This document shows positions 52,409 through 64,000 of a stretch of DNA of 64,000 bases, piece by piece. The stretch comes from Octopus sinensis (Eukaryota), in the NCBI RefSeq assembly GCF_006345805.1, contig NC_043025.1, positions 7,874,001 to 7,938,000 of the forward strand. Reading direction: 5' to 3'. Made by a program: the position numbers and the translations under genes. The notes under the pieces are model-generated. The model was not told where the DNA came from. It saw only the letters and a program-made list of their open reading frames with translations, and made no database searches. Position 1 is the stretch's first letter, and every line of letters starts with the position of its first letter.

Positions 52409-53615
52409 GGATCTTTTCGGTTTGAACGGCAGTTTTTTTCCCAGCGGTGTCATATGAAATTGTCACCCATAATTATGACCCTAGTATCGATCTATTGCAT
52501 TTCACTCTATTTTAGGGTTAGGGTTAGTTAGGGTTAGGGGTGGGGGAAGGGTATCTTTTTTTTCTTCACAAATGTAAATAAACCCAATCTGTTTCTTAAA
52601 CGAGGGACATATTCATACGGCGCAGAATGTTTTGTTTACCTCAATAGACGTCATTGATTGGTTGAAATAGCAGAAAATGAAGAAAAAAAACCCAACAAAT
52701 ATCTTACAAAGTATAGAATTTTTTCAATAAAGACAAGAGAAAAGGATGTTTTATAAACACATTCTACCAGTATTTGTATCTCTCTATCCGCTCAGTCGAA
52801 GTCGACTCTCGGTCACTCGTTGAATCAGTGTCCTCCAGTCAGTTCTATCCTGGGCCACTTCTTTCAGATTGGCTATGTCCATTTCGGTATCACTCTTGAT
52901 GGTGTCAAGCCAGCAGGTTCTTGGTCGGCCTCTTCCTCTCTTGCCACTGACCATTCCGTATATATATATATATATATATATCCTCTCGGTCACTCGTTGG
53001 ATCAGTGTCCTCCAGTCAGTTCTATCCTGGACCGCTTCTTTCAGATTGGCTATGTCCATTCCGGTATCACTCCTGATGGTGTCAAGCCAGTGGGTTCTTG
53101 GTCGGCCTCTTCCTCTCTTGCCACTGACCATTCCGTATATATATATATATCCGCTCAGTCGAAGTCGACTCTCAGTCACTCGTTGGATCAGTGTCCTCCA
53201 GTCAGTTCTATCCTGGGCCGCTTCTTTCAGATTGGCTATGTCCATTCCGGTATCACTCTTGATGGTGTCAAGCCAGCGGGTTCTTGGTCGGCCTCTTCCT
53301 CTCTTGCCACTGACCATTCCGAGCATGATGTCCTTCTCCAGGGATTCTCTCCGCATAATATGACCGAAATATGCCAATCTACGCTTGGAGATCCTAGCTT
53401 CTAGCGACATTTTCGGCCTGATCTGCTTAAGAACTTCTCCATTGGTCGGCCTCTTCCTCTCTTGCCACTGACCATTCCGAGCATGATGTCCTTCTTCAGG
53501 GGTTCTCTCCGCATAATATGACCGAAATATGCCAATCTACCAGTATAAGAAGTTTAAAAGTGTTTAGTTGCGTGGAAATTGTTTTAAAAAACTGCCGTTC
53601 AAACCGAAAAGATCC
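52409..53615. mobile_element. GGATC-TIR MITE with 8-bp TSD, hosting an RTE insertion
   Basis: GGAGCCTT on both flanks (52401-52408 and 53616-53623); GG termini plus an 8-bp TSD fit Merlin or hAT. Confidence 0.88.
52774..53536 (-). mobile_element. RTE-clade LINE 3' end, internally multiplied
   Basis: RLAYFGHIMRR..LEKDIMLGMVSGKRGRGRPRTRWLDTIK..DRTDWR is the typical RTE C-terminus; 10-bp TSD CTACCAGTAT at 52764 and 53537. Confidence 0.9.
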
Positions 53616-54041
53616 GGAGCCTTGACTTTGATCGTCGACATGGCTGTAATGGGACAAGTGGATCAGAATAAACCTGGGGCTAAACAACAACAACAACAGC
53701 AATAATCAAATATTTCAATGACTTGTCACTTTTCCTATCAACAACAATAACAACAACAGAATCAACTGTGGCTTTGTGACGATATAAATCGGATATAAGA
53801 CCAGATTCGTACAGCTAGTTCACCTCACAAAATAAGAGAGAGAGAGAGAGAGAGAAAGAGAGGCGAGGTGGGAAGAGAGAAAGGTGGTGATGGATGGTGG
53901 AGGTGGTGGTTTCTGTTAAGACAGACACGCGTCGATGGTTGTTATATGATACGGCTGTCATGTGTGTGTTTGCAGGAAGCTTTGACTCTGTGTGTGTGTT
54001 TTGTCTGTCTGTCTCTCTCTCTCACGCACACATATTATCTC

Positions 54042-54087
<46 letters not shown>

Positions 54088-54845
54088 TACATATGTGACT
54101 TCGTGTGTACCGTTGGCGATTTTTTTCCTCTGTCTTCCCTTCTCTGGATCTTTCCTTCTCCTATGTTTCCGACGAAGAGCTCCGCTCGAAACGTTAAACC
54201 CTCCTTCTTTCCTGAGCGTCCAATAATACTTTATTTGTTCCACGTCCTTGCGTTGTTGTGTTTTGTTGTGTTTTCTTGTTTGGATTAACTATATATGTAT
54301 ATATATATATATATATATATCTTTCTAAGCAATGGACGTCACTCTTTTTCCTCCTCGTCGTCCATAACAAAATTCTGCGTTTGTAATACTTTTTTTTCGT
54401 TCGGCGTCAACAGCCCTTCTTATCTTGTTTTTCCCTGTCCTGTCTTTTACTGTTTATATTTTTGTACTGTCGTTACAGTCCTGTTGTTACTATTTTTTAC
54501 CCCTCTGCGAAAAGATCTCAGAATTTTAATTGATTTGCTTTTCGCAGGAAGGAAAGTTTCTTGTCGAAGATACGTCTCGCTTTTATCCTTCGAAACGTAG
54601 AGTAGATGAAACCATAGCGACTGAAGAAGGGTTTTTTTCTTTGTGTTAATTGTCCTGTATTCTATATTTTTTTGTTGCTTTTAAAAAAATGTCCAGTTCC
54701 TTTGGTTTGTGTCTATGTTTTCGTTTCTCTATGTGTTCGACGTCCTTTTGGTGTCCTGTACTCATATATGCGTGTATATGTACATGTAGAGGTAGGTACG
54801 TACATATATGTATATATATATGCATATGTTTTATTTTATTTATTA

Positions 54846-54877
<32 letters not shown>

Positions 54878-55751
54878 CTCTTATACTTGTTTCAGTCATT
54901 TGACTGTGGCCATGCTGGAGCACCGCCTTTTTAGTCGAGTACGTCGACCCCAGGACTTATTCTTTGTAAGCCTAGTACTTATTCTATCGGTCTCTAAGTT
55001 ACGGAACGTAAACACACCAGCATCGGTTGTCAAGCGATGTTGGGGGGGACAAACACAGACACACAAACATATACATACATATATATACATATATGACGGG
55101 CTTCTTTTAGTTTCCGTCTACCAAATCCACTCACAAGGTTTTTGTCGGCCCGAGTCTATAGTAGAAGACACTCGCCCAAGGTGCCACGCAGTGGCACTGA
55201 ACCCGGAACCATGTGGAACCCGGAACCATGTGGTTAGTAAGCAAGGCTACTTACCACACAGTCACTCCTGCGCCTAGAAAACTTTTTACTAGAAAGTCCA
55301 ATTTCTTGGTTTTTACGGCTATAAAAACACCATGTAACGACGGTTCTATCAAGTATCTGCTTTATGTCCAAAGTCATCAGTGTGCAACAAAAAACCGCGA
55401 AAAATTGTGAAAGAAAATCGATTTTTATACACTTTTTTCCCTCTTAAATCTTCAAAAACTTCTCATTGCGTTCAAGCTTTACACATTATTTACTCATCCT
55501 AAGGATAACGTTTGGAGACTCTGACTTGCACAGAATTCATCCGCGTATGACCAACAATTGCGAAAATAGTTTTTTTATGAAAATAATAGTTATCGCCATA
55601 CTAATATGGCATTCTTATGAAAATAAGAATAAAGCTGTCCGCTTATTAGCTCCATGAGGCCATCGCCTTAAGTTAGCTATTTGATACACAAACTGTATCC
55701 ATATAACCTTCGAACAAGGGAGGTCAGTCGCTCCACACTACTTGACCGGCA

Positions 55752-55793
55752 GCTACAGACGCGTTTCGGGGTATTGCCCCTTTTCAATGCAGC
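55752..55793 (-). ncRNA. Minimal type I hammerhead candidate, U3-A8 variant
   Basis: Minus strand GCUGCA-UUGAAAA-GGGG-caaua-CCCC-GAAAC-GC-GUC-UGUAGC. Confidence 0.62.
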
Positions 55794-55976
55794 GTAGCCA
55801 GACCAGTAGGTGTCGCTTCTGACAATCTCTGTTCGAAGGTTTTATTTACCTAGCTTCGGTGGAATACATCCACTTGTTTTCAATAATAGAAATATTAAAA
55901 TTACTAAGTCTCTCTAAAAGAGAACAACGGCAGCGTTCTTTTTCATGCCCTTAAATATATAGATATTTGACGGAAC

Positions 55977-56295
55977 ATGAGGGCCCAGCGTTGCAACCAC
56001 AACTTATCGGGTGATTTATCCAAGCAACTTCACGCCGCCGGTGATGGCACAGCTCCCTCCGATGCTGCCTTTCACGTAGGCACACCTGTGGACACTCTGG
56101 ACGAGCTTACGACCGCTGTTTTTCCTGATCTGCACATAAGCTACCAAAACCTGTATTGGCCGTGCGAAAGGGCCATATTAGCTCCCATAAACACATTTGT
56201 TGCGAAACTCAATGAAAACCTTCTGCGAAACCTTCCTGGAAACCTTCACATCTGCATGTCTGTGGACACTGTTGTGGACCAAGAAGAGGCCGTTA
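55977..56295 (+). pseudogene. Helitron PIF1-like helicase fragment
   Basis: MRAQ...AGDG...VFPDL...CERAILAPINTFVAKLNENLLRNLPG...SVDTV matches recalled Helitron helicase motifs; truncated by SINE-B. Confidence 0.82.
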
Positions 56296-56832
56296 AGAGC
56301 TAGCGGAATGGTTAGCACGCCGGGCGAAATGCTTTGCGGTATTTCTTCTGCCGCTACGTTCTGAGTTCAAATTCCGCCGAGGTCGACTTTGCCTTTCATT
56401 CTTTCGGAGTCGATTAAATAAGTACCAGTTGCGCACTGGGATCGATGTAATCGACTTAATCCGTTTGTCTGTCCTTGTTTGTCCCCTCTGTGTTTAGCCC
56501 CTTGTGGGTAGTAAATAAATAGGTATTTCGTCTGCCGTTACGTTCTGAGTTCAAATTCCGCCAAGGTCGACTTTGCCTTTCATCCTTTCGGGGTCGATAA
56601 ATTAAGTACCAGTTACGCACTGGGATCGATGTAATCGACTTAATCCGACTTAATAGTATTTTAGTATGTCTTCTGGAATTAAAAATTATTTTTATGCATT
56701 TGTGTACATTTAAGCTAATTAAATATTGTTTTACAGAATAATAGAATTAAATCATCAAAATACTTTCCCTGATTATCTATGACTTCCTTCCATCTATTTA
56801 CAAGCTTTTTAGTCCCATCAATGTAAAACTGT

Positions 56833-57340
56833 TTGATGTCCATAGAGCATTTAAGGCACATAATGCTTTATGAGTACAAAAAAGGAAACTCTGCAGCCAA
56901 AGCGACTCAAAACATACACTCAGTTTATGGGAAAGAATGCTTGAATGAAAGAACTTGCAGAAGATGGTTTGCAAAATTCAGAAGTGGAGATTTCAGCCTT
57001 GAAGATGAAGATCAAACAGGACATCCAGTTGAGTTTGATTATAAGCTCCTTGAGGCATTAGTTGAAGAAAATCCTGCATTACCAGTTGAAGAATTGGAAA
57101 TAAAGCTTAGTTCAAACCATACAACTGTTCATCGTCATCTTCAACAACTTGGAGGGGTTCCTAAACTTGGAAAATGGGTGCCTCATGAATTATCCGAAAG
57201 CAACCGCAAATCCAGTGTTGACTTCTGCTCTTCTCTCCATTCTCACAAACTCATTTCACCCTTTTTGTATAGACTTGTGACTGGTGACGAGAAATGGATC
57301 TATTATAGAAATGTTAAACGTCGTAAACGGGCGAAAGTCT
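56833..57340 (+). pseudogene. Mariner (DD34D) transposase, 5' half
   Basis: HTH region LRHIMLYEYKKG...RRWFAKFRSGDFSLEDE, GKWVPHEL motif, first catalytic D in VTGDEKWIYY; cut off by a SINE-A tail. Confidence 0.92.
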
Positions 57341-57446
57341 TTCCGAATAAGTACAAGGCTTACAAAGAATAAATCCTGGGATCAATTTGTTTTATTAAAG
57401 GCGGTGCTCCAGCATGGCCGCAGTCAAATGACTGAAACAAGTAAAA

Positions 57447-57542
<96 letters not shown>

Positions 57543-58211
57543 TCTTTTACTCTTTTACTTGTTTCAGTCATTTGACAGCGGCCATGCTGGAGCACTGCCT
57601 TTAGTCGAGCAAATCGACCCCGGGACTTATTCTATCGGTCTCTTTTGCCGAACCGCTAAGTGACGGAGACGTAAACACACCAGCATCGGTTGTCAAGCAA
57701 TGCTAGGGAGACAGACAGACACACACACACACATATATATATAAACATATATACGACAGGCTTCTTTCAGTTTCCGTCTACCAAATCCACTCACAAGGCT
57801 TTGGTCTGCCCGGGGCTATAGCAGAAGACACTTGCCCAAGATGCCACGCAGTGGGTCTGAACCCAGAACCATGTGGTTGGTAAGCAAGCTACTTACCACA
57901 CAGCCACATATATATATACACACACACACATCTACATGTATGTATATGTATATATAATCTCCAGTTACGCCGACCGACGGACAGAGGATCAGTCATTCTG
58001 ACTGACAGACGTTTTGATGGACAAAAAAGCATGTCCAAAAGGCTGCCCACTTCAATCTCCACCCCCCCCCACACACACGCACCACCAACTAACCCCCATC
58101 ACCACCCACACAGATAGCACCATCATAATCATCATCATCAATAACAACCACAGCAAATCTTCACTTACTCTCTGTCTCTCTCCCTTTCAGCTTTACTTCT
58201 TTGCCTTTCCC

Positions 58212-58212
<1 letters not shown>

Positions 58213-58266
<54 letters not shown>

Positions 58267-58275
58267 GTCTGTCTA

Positions 58276-58351
<76 letters not shown>

Positions 58352-58379
58352 TCTATCCTATCTATCTATCTATCTACCC

Positions 58380-58443
<64 letters not shown>

Positions 58444-58491
58444 CTCTCTCTATCTATCAGTCTATCTATCTATCTATCTATCTATCTACCC

Positions 58492-58530
<39 letters not shown>

Positions 58531-58532
58531 AG

Positions 58533-58580
<48 letters not shown>

Positions 58581-58643
58581 CCCATCTATCTACCCATCTA
58601 TCTACCCATCTATCTACCCATCTATCTACCCATCTATCTACCC

Positions 58644-58686
<43 letters not shown>

Positions 58687-58700
58687 AGTCTATTTATCTA
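58213..58700. repeat. (TCTA)n/(TCTG)n microsatellite
   Basis: Direct reading. Confidence 0.97.
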
Positions 58701-59635
58701 TCCTTCCCTTTCTTCTTTTGTCTCTGTCTGCCCCCCTCTCTCTCTCTATGTCCTTTTCATCTCCCTCTTTCTCTTTCTATCTCTTCCCCCTCTTCCATTT
58801 CTCTCTCTGTCTCTCCCTCCATCCTCCTTTATCACTCACTCTCTCCCTTTATAACTTTACTTCTGTCTCTACCAACCTCCTCTTTCTCTCACCTTACGTA
58901 TGTCTCTCTCCTCACTCTCTCTCCCTCTACCTCTCTACCTCCTCTCCTTTCTCTTTCTCGCTCTCCATCGTCCTCCGTTGGTGGTCTCCCGTTGAGAGGA
59001 CAGACCGTAAGATTACACGAGATACTACACGACCAATTGAAAATTCCCCCTTCCACATCTACACACACACACACACATCTACACACACACACATCTACAC
59101 ACACACACACACTTACATAGCGTACGAACATACAAACACTCTCTCTATTGGTCACACATTTACTCAAACGCAGGCAGACACACAATACACTTAAAAAAGC
59201 ACATATACACATTTACACTCATTCAGACTCTCACACACACACATACACACACAATCACATATATGCAATTGCACGTATACAAAATCACACTCACACACAT
59301 ACGCACGTACGCGCCAATTTCTCATCTAACGCCACGACCACCACCCCAAACCGACTTAATCCAGTTCGCTGCCTGTAACATATGTTTATAAAAAGGACCC
59401 CAAATTAGAAAAACAACATTATATTGAATTGTAATTATTTTCCTGGGTCCAACTGTATATTTGAAGGACCAGTGTACATAGATCTGCTATTGCCAGCGGG
59501 GGTGTGTATGGAAGGGATCCGAAACGAAGACAAAATGGCATTGTTTAATTTCTAGCTTATATTTACCTGCGAACAGACGATCAGTGAAACATGGAAGAGA
59601 TCAAGTTCAGAAGACGACGGATTCAGCGTGACATC

Positions 59636-60070
59636 TTATCTCTTTTACTTGTTTCAGTTATTGGACTGTGGCCATGCTGGGGCACCACCTTGAAGGGTTT
59701 TAGTTGAACAAATCAACCCCAGAATATCTTTCATCTTTTACTTGTTTCAGTCTTTAGACTGTGGCCATGCTGGGGCACCGCCTTGAAGGTTTTCAGTTGA
59801 ACAAATCAACCCCAGAATATCTTATCTCTTTTACTTGTTTCAGTCATTGTACTGTGGCCATGCTGGGGCACCACCTTGAAGGGTTTTAGTTGAACAAATC
59901 AATCCCAGTTTATCTTCCATCTTTTACTTGTTTCACTCATTGGATTGTGGCCATGCTGGGGCATTGCCTTGAAGAGTTTTAGTTAAACAAATCAATCCCA
60001 GTTTATCTTTTATCTTTTACTTGTTCGAGTCTTTAGACTGTGGCCATGCTGGGGCACCACCTTGAAGGGA
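59636..60070. repeat. Five tandem ~93-bp units derived from a SINE-A-like tail
   Basis: tcttttacttgtttcagt...tgtggccatgctggggcacc.ccttgaag...aacaaatcaa.cccag, five times. Confidence 0.9.
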
Positions 60071-60399
60071 TTTAGTCTAACAGCGTCAACCCCAATACTG
60101 ATTTTAATGTTTGGTTCTCATTGTATTGGTCTCTTGAGCCAGAAACACGTGTCCAAGACTGTCTTCTTACCTTCAGGCAATAAACCCGTCCCCTTTTTTA
60201 GTAGCTTATTTACTTGTACTTGTGGCGACATTCACCCTGGGCGGGTTGAGTCGGCTTCTTCTCTTGGAAGAAGTTTCGTGGGAATATGTGGATTTCACAA
60301 GCGGTTCCCAATAATCCCGCACGTGGAGACATCCTGTTTGCCGTGGATTGTCCGCAGACGCAGGGACAGAACGACCGAGGAGCCACCGGTTGCCGAAGC

Positions 60400-60765
60400 A
60401 GACACTCCGAGGATTTTCACCAGAGCCCTGTCTGCCGGGTTGTGGCCCCAATACCACTCGGTGTCAGACCAATCCGCCTTGGGCGGCCCTACCAGGAACC
60501 GGAGTTCCCGACGGCATAGCTCTGACACTACCCGTTGCCAGCGTCCCCCACCACAGTGAGGAGGGGATGGACTTTGGGGACACAAACAGACACTCCGAGG
60601 ATTTTCACCAGAGCCCCGTCTGCCGGGTTGTGACCCCAATACCACTCGGTGTCAGACCAATCCGCCTTGGGTGGCCCTACCAGGAACCGAAGTTCCCGAC
60701 GGCATAGCTCTGACACTACCCGTTGCCAGCGTCCCCCACCACGGTGAGGGGGGGGATGGACTTTT
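60400..60765. repeat. GC-rich 188-bp tandem duplication of unknown origin
   Basis: agacactccgaggattttcaccagagccc at 60400 and 60588. Confidence 0.85.
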
Positions 60766-60860
60766 AGTAGTATGTCAAATTTGGAGAAATCTTCAATCTT
60801 GTGATTATCCCCCCTTGTTACGTGGACCTGGTCTTAATTACCATCTAATAATTATAATAC

Positions 60861-62380
<1,520 letters not shown>

Positions 62381-62435
62381 TGAATAAATAAATAAAAGAA
62401 TGGAGTCGAACGAAGATGTTAGCAAAATTCCTTTA

Positions 62436-62516
62436 CTCTCGACATATGTTTCGAAGACAACATAGTTTCATTCCAAAGGAATAAAGGGTGCAAGATGCAA
62501 TCTTCTCATCAGGTGG
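62436..62516 (-). ncRNA. Hammerhead-like motif with long stem II insert and broken stem I
   Basis: Minus strand CUGAUGA-GAAGA-(43 nt)-UCUUC-GAAAC-auau-GUC; stem I pairs poorly. Confidence 0.4.
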
Positions 62517-62600
62517 CTTCAACCGTGAATTTGCTACCCTGGTATCGGTTCATCGAATTTTCCATGCTGACGGTAAACATAGGATAATTCCTTCACCTAT

Positions 62601-62640
<40 letters not shown>

Positions 62641-62691
62641 CGTCTTCTATGAGTTATACGTTCTTGTCCATGTTGTATTTTTCTACATACC

Positions 62692-62733
<42 letters not shown>

Positions 62734-62902
62734 TATATGTGTGTGTGTATGTGTGTATATTTAAAGGGCAGAACCACTAGGTGGTCAGCCGTATGCTAGA
62801 AGTAGATCACCTACGATCAAACTACAAAGAAAAGAATGTTCTCTAGAGGAAAATTCAGCGGACAAGAGAGATGAAAATTATATAAAAAAAAAACAGAATT
62901 AC

Positions 62903-62978
62903 TCACAGACCGGCGGTTTCATCTATGAACAAATGAATCACTTATATAATCCAATTGTCCGTAGATTCGTCAGTGTGA
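62903..62978 (-). ncRNA. Type I hammerhead candidate with extended stem II
   Basis: Minus strand UCACA-CUGACGA-AUCUA-(36 nt)-UAGAU-GAAAC-cgccg-GUC-UGUGA; all core positions and three stems intact. Confidence 0.7.
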
Positions 62979-63676
62979 TCGTTCCACAAGTACACGTGAC
63001 CGACCAGACCATCAGATGTTATACATCGCTGGTCACAATGCGCTTCGCACTGTTTTAGCCTTCAAATGACGCCACCCCGCTGGCTAAGCGAGCAGGCCAA
63101 CAGAAGAAAGAGTGGGAGAAAGAATGGTGAAAGAGTACAGCAGGGATCACCACCACCCCACTGCCGGAGCATCGTGGAGCTTCTTTAGGTGTTTTCGCTT
63201 AATAAACACTCACAACGCCCGCAAAGCATTTCGCCCAGCGTGCTAACGATTCTGCCAGTTCGCCGCCTTATATATAAAATCGCATATATATCGTGTATAT
63301 ATTGTCGTTACTGTCCTGTTTTTGTTACCATTTTTACCCTTCCGCAAAAATCTCAAATTTTATTTAATTTGATTTTCGCGGGAAGGAACGTTTCATTAAA
63401 GTCATGTATCGCCTTGACCTTCGAACGTGGAGTAGATGAAACAAAGGCGACTGAAGAAGGGGAATTTTCCTTGTGTTGTATGTTCTGTACTCTATTTTTT
63501 CGTTGTTTAAGAAAAATGTCCAGTTCCTTGGTTTTGTGTTTATGTTTTCGTTTCTCATTGTGTTCGACGTTTTTTTGGTGTCCTGTACCCATATATGCAT
63601 GTATATATATACATGTAGAGGTAAGTGCGTACATATATGTATGTATATATGCATATGTTTTATTTATTAATTTGTT

Positions 63677-63711
<35 letters not shown>

Positions 63712-64000
63712 GTGTATATATATATATATATACCGTTTGAAATGAGAGCCTTTAGTTTTAAGTTCTCAGTCTATAGACCTAGGCTTTTAATTAATTAACT
63801 GGGCTAAATATGATTAATAAAATACTTCAAGCTAGTGGTCCAGTACGGTATGACCCTGCGCACGTGTGTGGTGGAGCGCAATATTGAAGTTGGGCAAAAA
63901 GCTTAGCGGCATTTCGTCCATCTCTATGTGTTCTGAGTTCAAATTCCGCCGAGGTCGACCTGGCCTTTTCATCTTTCTGGGGTGGGTAAAATAAGTACTG

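Noticed and set aside
54560-54635. GAAAC-GTA followed by CTGAAGA in the 430-bp repeat family (possible permuted hammerhead)
   Set aside because: Stem I cannot be formed, and the three copies do not conserve the pairing
34021-57340. Mariner 5' half (56833) and 3' half (34021) as one split element
   Set aside because: Wrong order, 23 kb apart, middle of the transposase missing, no matching left TIR seen

Overview
AT-rich, repeat-dense animal genomic DNA; the SINE repertoire and (TA)n/(CATA)n load look like an octopus genome (recalled, not searched). One host gene is supported: the last 10 coding exons of a CMIP (c-Maf-inducing protein) orthologue on the + strand (1082-24760). They splice GT-AG into one open frame ending in the LRR region and ...DVRYTEAW*. 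The rest is transposon-derived or simple repeat: several tRNA-headed SINE families, non-autonomous Helitrons, MITEs, mariner, Helitron-helicase and RTE fragments, and micro/minisatellites. Almost all ORFs in the supplied track are microsatellite or SINE artefacts. Two things stand out. (1) A dispersed set of type I hammerhead-ribozyme folds. Two sit in the spacer of long near-perfect palindromes, one carries a U3-A8 compensatory core, and one has a long stem II. This points to non-autonomous Penelope-like or retrozyme-like elements. (2) An intact 469-aa LINE ORF1-like gene (RRM-like region plus CCHC knuckle) with no ORF2, whose 3' end matches the tail of the abundant local SINE, i.e. a candidate HAL1-like ORF1-only retroposon. 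All structure calls were made by eye.
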